From positions 3,904,001-3,968,000 of the forward strand of contig CAXXJJ010000004.1 of the NCBI GenBank assembly GCA_963667015.2: a DNA stretch of 64,000 nt, given 5' to 3'. The DNA is from Desulfatiglandales bacterium. GTDB taxonomy: Bacteria > Desulfobacterota > DSM-4660 > Desulfatiglandales > HGW-15. Each line of letters starts with the position of its first letter. The stretch's first letter is position 1. Below the pieces are notes generated by a model, which worked only from the letters and a program-made list of their open reading frames with translations, made no database searches and was not told the DNA's origin. Shown here in pieces: positions 41,902 to 51,481 of the stretch. A program made the translations under genes and the position numbers.

Positions 41902-42327
41902 TTACTTACGCGGCGCTGGCACAAAAAAGTTCCACCTGACGCCGAACCTGTCTATCAGCGAGCCGCAATAGCCCCAGGGGTACATAGTATTAGGTGAAAT
42001 AACTTTTCCACCGTCCGCCAGTGCTGTAAAAATTCTGTCCGCTTCTTCATTGGTATCCGGTCCGTAATTGATACCAATATTGTTGCCGGGGGTTATTATG
42101 GTACCGGAAGATTCCAGCGTATCGTCACCGGATATGAAAACACCGCCCAATTTCATAGTCACATAGGCTACCTTATCTTTGTCCTGTTGGGGTGTTGAGG
42201 CGTTTGTAGCAGGGTCCTGGCCGTACCGGATAAAGTCGTTAAACTCTACCCCGAAGACAGACTTGTAGAACATAAAAGCCTGTTCGCAGGTACCGGGAAA
42301 GGTCAAACCGATAGTCACTAACGTCAT
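41902..42327 (-). CDS. VOC/glyoxalase (PhnB-like) protein
   Basis: AFMFYKSVFG, LADGG.V, WG..G.LIDRFGVRW. Confidence 0.85.
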   Translation of the reverse strand: MTLVTIGLTFPGTCEQAFMFYKSVFGVEFNDFIRYGQDPATNASTPQQDKDKVAYVTMKLGGVFISGDDTLESSGTIITPGNNIGINYGPDTNEEADRIFTALADGGKVISPNTMYPWGYCGSLIDRFGVRWNFFVPAPRK

Positions 42328-42558
42328 GATGTACTCCTTGAAAATAGAAAATAGTTGATAAGAATTCCCTTTTTGCGGAATGAAGTTTATGGAGTTCGGC
42401 GTTGTATGTCAATAAATTACCACCCCACCATATAGTAGTGCTCTTCGGCAGATAAAAAATGGAAATGAGTAAGACGAAGATGATGAAGGCAGACAGGGCA
42501 ATGTGTAGATAGTACTCAACATATTGTATATGTAGGAATATGATGAAAACCTGCAATA

Positions 42559-42765
42559 TCTGCTATATATCTGAACTTTTAAATAACTTGTGATATCCTG
42601 CGAATATCCAAAGTTCAGATTAGCTTGCCATAGTCATAACTTTTATTCAAGCAAAGATTACCCCCCAATAAGTCTTAAGCTCGAATTGCAGATCACTGCT
42701 AATCCAAACTTTTTACAAAGTTGTGATATCATGCGAATTTGAAAAGTTTAGACTACTTACCAGAA
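42559..42765. repeat. Two imperfect tandem ~75-bp units with internal inverted arms
   Basis: atctgaacttt...ttgtgatatcctgcgaat...aaagttcagat and atccaaacttt...ttgtgatatcatgcgaat...aaagtttagac. Confidence 0.55.
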
Positions 42766-42931
42766 TATCAATTTTATCAAAATTAATACAGCTTTCACTT
42801 TTCTCTCAATTTATAACAGTCATATTCATTCCTTTCTTTTCTATTGAATAATACTGGTCGAATCCTTATACAATCCTTTTCAACCAAACATTCAAATTAG
42901 TCATATACTCTCAATCCATAATACCATTCCA

Positions 42932-45097
42932 ATGAATCCCCAACAACAAATCGAAGCCCTCTGCAAAAAACTAAAACCCATCCTTGGCAGCCAGGCCGAT
43001 ATACTCTGGCACATGTACTTATCAGAAGACGATAAAGATAGAAGAAAGTTTGCCCAAGATATTGAAATAATCGCCGAAAAGTTTCTAAAAAATCAACCTC
43101 TAGAAAATCCACGAATCCTCCTTGAGCCGCCCCTAACAGAAAGCTCAAAAGGTAAGTATCTAATCGGGGATATAGTCTATAATAATAAGAAAATACACCC
43201 TCTTCACTTAAATCCTGAAGACTTCATAAAACAAATCGGAATATTTGCTATTACAGGAGAAGGAAAAACTAATCTTGCCTACCTTCTTGCCCTACAACTC
43301 CTCAAATCAAAAACACCGTTTACTGTTATAGACTGGAAACGAAGCTGGAGAAATCTTTTATCGGCAAAAGACAAACATCCAGAACTAAATAGCGTCCAGG
43401 TATTCACAATTGGAAGAGACGTCCTTCCCTTCCTCTGGAATGTATTTCAAGCACCACCAGGAACAGACAAAAAGTATTGGATAAGTACAATCGCAGATAC
43501 ATTAGAAAAGTCCCACCTTTCAGGCCCGGGAGTTGCCTATCACTTCAACAAGATATTCTTGAAACTTTTCAAAGATCTTCCCGATGACTTTTACCCTAAT
43601 TTTCATGATGCTATTAAAGAACTTCAAAATACAAAAGTCACAGCGCGGGAACTAAATTGGAAACAAACAGCTCAAAGAATTTTTCAAAGTCTTACTCTCG
43701 GCAATGCCTCAAAAGTCTTCAATACTAGAAAGCCCATGAGGCTTGAAGACATTCTAAAAAAGCCGGTTATTTTTGAACTTGATTTAGAGATGCCAAAAGC
43801 CCTTCGAGTTTTTTTGTCTGAGATAATTTTGAAATGGATTCATCTCTACAGGTTAAGTCAAGGGGAGAGCGACAAGTTGAAACATGTTTTGATTTTAGAG
43901 GAAGTTCACAACCTTTTTCCTAAGAATAATTTTTATAAGGATAATAGCAGTATTGAAAATATATATCGGGAAGTCAGAGGATTCGGGCAAGGATTGGTAA
44001 GTATTACACAGCACCCAAGCCTTTTGCCAATTGAACTTTTAGGAAATTGTCACACTCAAATCTATCTAGGCTTACAACATGCCGATGATATCACAACAGC
44101 ACGGAAGTCTTTGTTTCTAAATTACGATGAGGATTTTTATTTAAACACACTCAAAGTTGGAGAGTGCATAGTAAAAATAAAAAATAGAGTTGAGCCCTGT
44201 CTTGTAAAGACACCTCTTGTGCAAGTAAGGAAAGAAGTTGTAACAGATGATTGGTTGAAAATACATCATCTGAATTCTATGTTTTTGGAATACGTTTGGA
44301 AAGATTCACAATCAAAAAAGCTCTTTGATTGGAATACCTTGCTTGGAGATAATAGCCCAAATGAAAACAAGGGTAACCCCATAGGGGATTATCTACCACC
44401 AACTGCTGGAAAAACCCATACACAGGACCGGAATAGGATAAATGCGTCTTCAAGAAGTAAGGATAATAGGTATGTTAATATAAAAGATAAAAAAAGGAAC
44501 TATCCTCATAACACGAGGCCTCAGCACAAATTGCTTATTGATATTTTGGAGTATCCTTTTTCTGGTGTCACTGAAAGATATAGGAGGTTGAATTTTCATC
44601 CTAAGCCTGGGAATAAATATAGGAAGGATATTATTTCGGAGAAGTGCGCTCGGGCGGTGAAGGTAATTACCGGGATTGGCTGGATTACGCTTTTTGAGTT
44701 AACAAAAAAAGGAAAGATGGTTTTAGCTGACCTTGGATATGAGTTTAAGAATGAAAGCGAGGGGGTTGTTCATAAGTTTTGGAAGCATAGGGTTAGTGAA
44801 TATTATAGGAGGAAGGGCTTTGATGTTAGTGTTGAGGAGTATTACGTAAATGGAAGGCCGGATATTATAGTTAGGAAGGGGGACAAGAAGGTTGCTATTG
44901 AGATTGAGACGGGGAAGTCTGACTATGTGAAGAATGTTAAGCGTGCTTTGGAGGCTGGGTTTGATGAGGTAGTTTGCGTTGCGGTGAATGGGGGAGTTAA
45001 GAATAAAATTTTATTGGATTTGGGAGAAAAGAGGATTAAAGATGAAAAGTTCAAAGTCAGAGTGATTGGGATTAGAGGATATGCTAAAAATTCGTAA
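42932..45097 (+). CDS. HerA/VirB4-like ATPase fused to wHTH and PD-(D/E)xK nuclease-like domain
   Basis: TGEGKT, LILEEVH, ITQHP; C-terminal RPDI...VAIEIETGK. Confidence 0.75.
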   Translation: MNPQQQIEALCKKLKPILGSQADILWHMYLSEDDKDRRKFAQDIEIIAEKFLKNQPLENPRILLEPPLTESSKGKYLIGDIVYNNKKIHPLHLNPEDFIKQIGIFAITGEGKTNLAYLLALQLLKSKTPFTVIDWKRSWRNLLSAKDKHPELNSVQVFTIGRDVLPFLWNVFQAPPGTDKKYWISTIADTLEKSHLSGPGVAYHFNKIFLKLFKDLPDDFYPNFHDAIKELQNTKVTARELNWKQTAQRIFQSLTLGNASKVFNTRKPMRLEDILKKPVIFELDLEMPKALRVFLSEIILKWIHLYRLSQGESDKLKHVLILEEVHNLFPKNNFYKDNSSIENIYREVRGFGQGLVSITQHPSLLPIELLGNCHTQIYLGLQHADDITTARKSLFLNYDEDFYLNTLKVGECIVKIKNRVEPCLVKTPLVQVRKEVVTDDWLKIHHLNSMFLEYVWKDSQSKKLFDWNTLLGDNSPNENKGNPIGDYLPPTAGKTHTQDRNRINASSRSKDNRYVNIKDKKRNYPHNTRPQHKLLIDILEYPFSGVTERYRRLNFHPKPGNKYRKDIISEKCARAVKVITGIGWITLFELTKKGKMVLADLGYEFKNESEGVVHKFWKHRVSEYYRRKGFDVSVEEYYVNGRPDIIVRKGDKKVAIEIETGKSDYVKNVKRALEAGFDEVVCVAVNGGVKNKILLDLGEKRIKDEKFKVRVIGIRGYAKNS

Positions 45098-45163
45098 TAC
45101 TAGACCCATGATTGTGAATTATTTTAATTATTATGTTACAATGCAATGAATATCATATATTAT

Positions 45164-45844
45164 TTATTTTTCTTTTAATGTGAAAGGATTAAAATTTGTT
45201 TCTCTATCGTAATAGTCAACACCCTCAACCTTTTTCACTTTATTAACTACTGCGTAAGTTAATGGTGTGAGAATTGCTTCAACTAAGGTTTTAATCGTCC
45301 ATCCAGCTATTATACTTTCAATGAGTGCACTATTTGGTAAAACACCTCCTAAAGCAACAATATAAAAAACTGCTGTATTTGATAATTGTCCCACCACAGT
45401 CGATGTAATAGTTCTTAGCCAGAGAAACCTTCCTTTGGTGATTACTTTTAATTTTGCAAGTATATAGTTATTCGATATATCTCCGGCAAATACTGCGATC
45501 CAGCCACCTACTAAAACTCGTGGTATTATTCCAAAAACGGTTTTATATGCTTCGTTATTCTGAAAAAATGGAGCAGGCGGAAAAAATGCTGCTATTTGAT
45601 AAACTATGCCAGCTAATACAGAAGCTAAAAGTGTATACCATAATATTTTTCTTGCTTGCGCATATCCATACACTTCTGTAATAATATCAGAAATTATATA
45701 TGTAAATGGAAAATATAAAACTGTCATCGAAACACCAAATCCGAATAATAATATTATTTTTGCTGCGGTAGCATCTGATATCAATTGGAAAGTTATGTTG
45801 AGTACTAAAAATAAACTTATTAATTTATATCTATTCGATAACAT
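45164..45844 (-). CDS. Queuosine-precursor transporter (VUT/YhhQ family)
   Basis: FPFTYIISDIITEVYGY..AR, LWLRTITSTVVGQ, D.YD.ETNFNPF. Confidence 0.88.
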   Translation of the reverse strand: MLSNRYKLISLFLVLNITFQLISDATAAKIILLFGFGVSMTVLYFPFTYIISDIITEVYGYAQARKILWYTLLASVLAGIVYQIAAFFPPAPFFQNNEAYKTVFGIIPRVLVGGWIAVFAGDISNNYILAKLKVITKGRFLWLRTITSTVVGQLSNTAVFYIVALGGVLPNSALIESIIAGWTIKTLVEAILTPLTYAVVNKVKKVEGVDYYDRETNFNPFTLKEK

Positions 45845-45877
45845 TTTATTTTCCTTATTATTTTTTAAAAATCAGAT

Positions 45878-46564
45878 TTAGTTTATATAATTTTGCTTTT
45901 TGGCAGAATCCATATTAATAATCTTATCAACCCTATCAACTAAATTGATATCTTTGCAGATCCCGGACGGTGCTTCAGCTAGTAGAGCCAAGGCTAGAGA
46001 TTCTGAATGTGAAGGAGAAAGCTTTTCATAAAACGCTGCAATACCTTCACCTTTTTGATTACCTTTAAATGCTATAGTGTATATGTTCCCATCTTTTTCA
46101 CTATTCTGGAATTGATAAAAAATATAAGGTACATCAGGCCAATCATATGGAAGTCTTTTTATTTCTACGAGCTCGTTTGTGGCTATTTTTACATTACTTT
46201 TTTTCCTGACAATCTTTGCTAATGCCTCAAATATAAGGTAATAGCCTTCAAGTTCACTTTCGGCTTTGGACTTAGAAACTAAAAATAAATACTTAACACC
46301 TTCTTTAAAATTATCTTCTACTGCTTCTGCCAAAGTATTGCTTGGTTTTTCGACTTGATTTGCAAGTACTATCACTTGCTTCAATCCGGGAAGATCACGT
46401 TCAAAAATACCAAGATTCTTTGATGATATAAACCTAGATATATTTTTAAAGTGGAAAATTACATAGCCAAGCATAAATGCGGCAACTAAAAAAATAGAAA
46501 TTGTCAAAATATTATGTATTATCATTTTCTTCCTTAACAAATAAGCCTGTTCTCGTCCCAACAT
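45878..46564 (-). CDS. Hypothetical protein with N-terminal TM helix
   Basis: Long ORF in operon with VUT gene; start likely ~46525. Confidence 0.6.
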   Translation of the reverse strand: MLGREQAYLLRKKMIIHNILTISIFLVAAFMLGYVIFHFKNISRFISSKNLGIFERDLPGLKQVIVLANQVEKPSNTLAEAVEDNFKEGVKYLFLVSKSKAESELEGYYLIFEALAKIVRKKSNVKIATNELVEIKRLPYDWPDVPYIFYQFQNSEKDGNIYTIAFKGNQKGEGIAAFYEKLSPSHSESLALALLAEAPSGICKDINLVDRVDKIINMDSAKKQNYIN

Positions 46565-46982
46565 ATAACCAATATATTAGTGCCATTAAAGTGCATCCTA
46601 GCTGTTGAAATATACAAGCATTAAAAGGTCTAGGCGTACTTAATCCAGTTTGAGTAAGAATAGATGAATAATAGATGACAATAACAATTAATGGTGCAAT
46701 ACAACAAATTAAGGTCACGTTAAAGTCACTACTACCAATTTTGAATTGTTTTTTATCAAAAAGGCTAATCGCACTGCCTACAGCTACAGTAGTAGCATAA
46801 AAGAAAAGTCCGCCATCTCCCAGAATTGTCCCAATTGTTATGGTTCCCCTGCTTGTAGTATTTAACACTAAAAGTAAAATCCATAACTGAATGGGACCGA
46901 ATGCTATTAAAATAAATAAAAATGAAAGAAACCTTCCATATTGCATGGTAAACTCCCTTTTAAAATAAAAAAGCTTGGACAA
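46512..46982 (-). CDS. Hypothetical 4-TM membrane protein
   Basis: Four hydrophobic segments; start likely ATG ~46946 after GGGAG. Confidence 0.6.
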   Translation of the reverse strand: MSKLFYFKREFTMQYGRFLSFLFILIAFGPIQLWILLLVLNTTSRGTITIGTILGDGGLFFYATTVAVGSAISLFDKKQFKIGSSDFNVTLICCIAPLIVIVIYYSSILTQTGLSTPRPFNACIFQQLGCTLMALIYWLYVGTRTGLFVKEENDNT

Positions 46983-47370
46983 TGCATTGTATAGGTAAAA
47001 TTAAGTGTGAGTTTTGTTCTAAAATAAATATAGAAAAGAAAATATATTAATACTAAATATTTCTTGTGATCACTTTTTTTTGGGTGTTAAAAAATAATTT
47101 ATATTGTCTATTTTTTTTTGTCAATACATTATCTAAACAATTTTACGGAAAATATATTTAAATCAGATTCAACTGAATAATTTATCAATCAATTTGTTGA
47201 ACTTTACATATATTATTCGTTTTCTCAACTTATTGGAAACATAATAAATAGTCGTATATTATGCTCATTTCCTTTTCATATCCATATACAACCCTTATAA
47301 ACCCCTCTCCCTTTTTCTCTAAACAAACCGGATTTTAAATCCACTAACCCTTTAGAGAAAGGAGAGACCT

Positions 47371-47649
47371 ATGAACGTTTTCATTGGTGTAGGTAAGATA
47401 AACAATATCAACCAAAACGGAAGAATATTGAAATTCAATCTTGCCTTAAAACAGGAAAAACCCTGTAACGTCCCATGCGTGCTTTTTGACCCGGATGAGG
47501 AAACAAAAGCAAAAGTTGCACAATTCGAATTTTCAAAAAGAATTGTCTGGCTTAAAGGAAGAGCTTCATCTTATGAGTTTGAAGTTCGTGAAAAACCTGT
47601 ATGTAAGCTTGAGATAGTCACCTATCCAGGCAACATAAAACCTATCTGA
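47371..47649 (+). CDS. SSB-like OB-fold protein
   Basis: MNVFIGVGKI...LKFNLA...VPCVLF...VWLKGR; AAGGAG RBS. Confidence 0.55.
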   Translation: MNVFIGVGKINNINQNGRILKFNLALKQEKPCNVPCVLFDPDEETKAKVAQFEFSKRIVWLKGRASSYEFEVREKPVCKLEIVTYPGNIKPI

Positions 47650-47668
47650 ATATCTTAGATATTTCAGT

Positions 47669-47716
47669 AAAGGAGCTTGTCCCCTGTCTAGCCGGGGCTC
47701 GCTCCTTTTTTATTTT
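47669..47716 (+). terminator. Hairpin + U-tract
   Basis: aaggagc...gctcctttttt. Confidence 0.6.
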
Positions 47717-47734
47717 GAGTAAGGAGGTATTCCA

Positions 47735-48067
47735 ATGTGGAATATGCCAAGTAAGGAAAGATTAGCCGGAATACCACGGTTGTACGAAACCGATGATATC
47801 CAGCCAGAACACAAACAAATTCACCTGCACTTTTTTATATTCGGCTCTGACTGGTTTATCGCTGAATATAATGGGGATGATTTATTCTTCGGATATGTAA
47901 TTCTTAATAACGATCTTATTAATGCAGAATGGGGATTTATATCCTTTCAGGATCTTAAAGAAATAAATATCAATGGAATTGAAGTTGACTGCGAAAATGA
48001 GATTAGTTGGAAAACCAGACGCGCAAATGAAGTTGATGAGATCAGACAGGCGAATCATTGGATGTAG
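47735..48067 (+). CDS. DUF2958-like protein
   Basis: PRLYET, HFF...DWFIAE, FFGYV, AEWGFISF.DL. Confidence 0.7.
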   Translation: MWNMPSKERLAGIPRLYETDDIQPEHKQIHLHFFIFGSDWFIAEYNGDDLFFGYVILNNDLINAEWGFISFQDLKEININGIEVDCENEISWKTRRANEVDEIRQANHWM

Positions 48068-48163
48068 GCTTCATTAACTGAAGAACAAAAGCTTGAGGTA
48101 TCAGAATAACGAGTCTTGAAAATTTGTTTCAGAGATAAAAACAACATAAATTTTATTTTTTTT

Positions 48164-48199
48164 AAAAGCTCTTTGGAGAAATCCAAAGGGCTTTTTTTA
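48164..48199 (+). terminator. Hairpin + U-tract
   Basis: aaagctctttgga-gaaa-tccaaagggcttttttt. Confidence 0.65.
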
Positions 48200-48212
48200 T
48201 TTGGAGGTAAAT

Positions 48213-48704
48213 ATGGATAAAGATCAATTCTGGGAAGATTTGAAATCAGGAAAATTTGTATCAATGGTTAAAGAATCATCTAAGGGCCAATCGTTAAGCA
48301 GCTCAGTTGAAGCATATAATATACTTAAACCACTATTTGCAGATGAAGACGATATTGAAAAAATGTTTTTTATATTTATGAACCAGGCAAATGAAATTAT
48401 CACAGTTGAAAGTCTATTTAAAGGCAGTATTGCTGGCTCTGCTGTTTTCCCCAGGGAGATAATCAAAAGAATAATTCAATTAAAAGCGAATGCATTTGTA
48501 ATGGCTCATAACCATCCTTCTGGGAATCACAGGCCTTCCAATGAAGATAAGGCTATAACCTTTAGAACGCTGGTTGCGACATCTTCAATTGACGTTGGGT
48601 TTCATGACCATCTGATAATCGGAGACAGGTATTTTAGCATGGCCGATGAAGGAATTATAAAAGCTATGAAAACCCGGCTTAATAATTTTTTAAAGGAGGT
48701 GTGA
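48213..48704 (+). CDS. RadC-like JAB-domain protein
   Basis: VFPREI, AHNHPSG, PSNED, DHLIIG. Confidence 0.9.
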   Translation: MDKDQFWEDLKSGKFVSMVKESSKGQSLSSSVEAYNILKPLFADEDDIEKMFFIFMNQANEIITVESLFKGSIAGSAVFPREIIKRIIQLKANAFVMAHNHPSGNHRPSNEDKAITFRTLVATSSIDVGFHDHLIIGDRYFSMADEGIIKAMKTRLNNFLKEV

Positions 48705-48707
48705 GAT

Positions 48708-48905
48708 ATGTATCATCCTTCAATTAGTCCTCAGCTTGTCATTACTTTATATCGGATGAAAAGGTTTTATAAAAAGCCCATCACGAAACTGGCAAATGAA
48801 CTAATTATTAGTTCACTTCATACAATTAACAAGGAAGAAGTGTGTAAGACATGTATCAGTGAGAGTAACCAGAAATGTGAGGAATGCATCCTGGCTAAAA
48901 TCTAA
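48708..48905 (+). CDS. Small Cys-containing hypothetical protein
   Basis: AAGGAGGTG RBS; MYHPSIS..LV..LY.MK...KKP.T.L; CxxC twice. Confidence 0.6.
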   Translation: MYHPSISPQLVITLYRMKRFYKKPITKLANELIISSLHTINKEEVCKTCISESNQKCEECILAKI

Positions 48906-48927
48906 GACTTTTTTTTCAAACAACTAC

Positions 48928-48962
48928 AAGGCGTATCATTTACGAATGATGCGCCTTTTTTA
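48928..48962 (+). terminator. Hairpin + U-tract
   Basis: aaggcgtatcatt-tacg-aatgatgcgcctttttt. Confidence 0.65.
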
Positions 48963-48978
48963 TTGAAAGGAGTAGGTA

Positions 48979-49449
48979 ATGAATTATATCGGCATTGTTG
49001 GAGCTAGAAAATATAAAAATAGAAAATGTATTCAAAGTTTTATTAAGAGCCTTCCTGGGGATTCAATTATTGTAACGGGTGCCTGTGAAGGTGTTTGCTC
49101 CTGGACAATTGAACAGGCAGAGAAAATTGGACTTGATGTTTTAGTCTTCAAACCGGATTTATCCAATACCAACCATTACTATGAGGTTGCTGAAAGGTAT
49201 TATCAAAGGAATAGGGAATTAATTGAGAAGTGTGATTTTGTTCATGCGTTTTTTAGTAATGAGAATGGTTATAAGGGTGGGACAAAATTTGAAGTCGAGT
49301 ATGCAATAAAACTTGGAAAGCCTGTCAGAGTTTATACTGAAAGTAAAATTGCTAAAACGATTTATCAACCGGAGTTATTTTCTGTTGAGGTTAAGAAAAA
49401 ATATAATCCAGCGTGGCAGCATTTTTTTCTGGAGAATGTTTGTAGGTAG
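48979..49449 (+). CDS. DprA/SLOG-like Rossmann-fold protein
   Basis: IGIVGAR, IVTGACEG, YQRNRELI, GGT..EV.YA..LGKPV. Confidence 0.7.
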   Translation: MNYIGIVGARKYKNRKCIQSFIKSLPGDSIIVTGACEGVCSWTIEQAEKIGLDVLVFKPDLSNTNHYYEVAERYYQRNRELIEKCDFVHAFFSNENGYKGGTKFEVEYAIKLGKPVRVYTESKIAKTIYQPELFSVEVKKKYNPAWQHFFLENVCR

Positions 49450-49668
49450 ATTCCAGAGTCCTGGGCATGACTTTAAAGGTGCCCATTCGCTATTAAATAA
49501 GTGAGGTTATAAATTCTGTAAAAACTTAATATTAAAAGGATAATGCAAAGAACATTCTGCATTCTATTTCTTGTTTTTTGCTTTAAACCTTCTTCCTAAT
49601 ATTTTTCTAACAATATATTTTTATTATACAAAAAAACTTTAACTTTTCGGATATAAAAGGGTGATGTA

Positions 49669-50124
49669 ATGACAAATAAAATAAAAGTTCTATTTATCTG
49701 CCAGCATAACAGCGGACGCAGTCAAATCGCAGAAGCATATTTAAAAAAATACTTTGGAGATCACTATGAGATTGAAAGTGCAGGTCTTGAACCCGCGGAG
49801 GAAATTAATCCTCTTGTCGTTCAAGTTATGTCTGAAGAGGGAATTGACATATCTCATAAAAAACCTCAAAGCGTTTTTGAACTTTATAAACAGGGTAATA
49901 TTTATGAACATGTTATTACTGTTTGCGATGATTCTGAAACTAAATGCCCCATCTTTCCTGGTATAACAAAGCGTTGGCACTGGCCTTTTTTGGACCCTTC
50001 TGCTGTAGATGGAACAGAGGAAGAAAAACTTGGAAAGGTAAGAAAAATTCGCGATATGATTAAAAGCTGGGTTATAAATCCTCCAGACGGCGCAATTAAT
50101 TTTAATAAATTGATAAATAACTAA
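49669..50124 (+). CDS. arsC: Arsenate reductase / LMW-PTP family protein
   Basis: CQHNSGRSQIAE, ITVCD, CP.FPG, HW.F.DP. Confidence 0.8.
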   Translation: MTNKIKVLFICQHNSGRSQIAEAYLKKYFGDHYEIESAGLEPAEEINPLVVQVMSEEGIDISHKKPQSVFELYKQGNIYEHVITVCDDSETKCPIFPGITKRWHWPFLDPSAVDGTEEEKLGKVRKIRDMIKSWVINPPDGAINFNKLINN

Positions 50125-50805
50125 TTTAAGCTGCATAGTCTCTATTTATTTATATTCAAAACATTCCACATGCCAGTGGAATATATATAGAACAGTAGAC
50201 AGTGATAACTATAAATTAATGTTTTTTTCTGGTATCTTGCTAATCAAAACTTCACTTTCGTAAAATCATAAATTCAAATATATAATCAGAAATCACCCTA
50301 AAAATTAGAGAAAATTATACCAATGGAAAAGGGACCAGTCTTTCACAAAATAGGCAAGATAAAATTAAATAATTTAGTAAGGAATCATAATTGCAGATAT
50401 TATGAGGAGTGCGTGACTAAAGCTGCAATGAAGAACCTTCTTTTAGACTGTGGAATATGTGACTTCAAATCAGATGATCATTTTAAGGAAGAATAAATGT
50501 GAAACCTAAAATTTGAGGAGGGGTATCTCTATGCCTACCATTGTTAAAATCTCTAATCCTTATGTATGTAGGGTAATTATAACTGAAGATGATCCAGATG
50601 ATGCATTAATAGAAAAATTGGCTTTTGAAGATCTTAATTTCACTGGGCATTTAAAGTTTTTTAATTACGATATTGAACTAATTGATCTTCTTAACTCCAA
50701 TATTATTTAATATAATAACAACATTCCGGATTTAATCCTTTTAGACTTTTAAAATGCCGAGAAAAAATGGATATGATTCTCTCAGATAAATTGAGAATTC
50801 GCCTT

Positions 50806-50990
50806 AACTAAAGGATATTCCAGTTATAATCCTCACAACTTCAAGCAATAGTGAAGAGTTAAAAAAGTGCATGGATTTAGGTGCTAAAAAATTCATTACT
50901 AAACCTGCAAGTTATGATAGCGTAGTGAAGGTGATCGAAGACCTTCTTAAAAGATACTGTGAAAAATATAGTAATCTTGAATTCGAATAG
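50806..50990 (+). pseudogene. C-terminal fragment of a response-regulator receiver domain
   Basis: LKDIPVIILTTSS..EELKKCMDLGAKKFITKP; no N-terminal half. Confidence 0.6.
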
Positions 50991-51481
50991 CACTAAAAAT
51001 ATGGTGAATAACTCAACATTTACTATATTTCTCACTTTCAAACAAGTTGTCAAAGATCATCTTTTATTAAGGTAACAACAAAGTCAATCCTTGTTGCATT
51101 TATCTAAAAATACCTATCCGTAATTCTTTCCCTTCCGTCAGTTTTTTCTGTGCTACTGAATAAATCAACTTCATCTGTTTTATGTTAAATCCTTAAAAAA
51201 ATTATCCTGATTTCAGGGTGATCTTTTATGAAAATCGGGATCAGGCCCCGACATTGACAGAAGGTACTTTTCACATGAGAGAATAATGTGTCATAGTAAA
51301 GAGCTGACCCTGGACTTTTCCATTGTACGTATTTTATCAGACCCTCATCTATTTTTATCCCAAACTAAGAAAGAGTATTCCCATTCCAAGCTTTTCCAAA
51401 CGAAAAAGTGTCAGATCTTGAATTTTGCTAAATTAAAATATTCAAGATTCGGGATCTGACACCATTGCTTTTCTTAGGGCA

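Noticed and set aside
51235..51465. Cluster of short inverted repeats (tcagatcttgaa / ttcaagat...gatctgaca)
   Set aside because: Resemble decayed REP-type ends, but no transposase and too degenerate to delimit.
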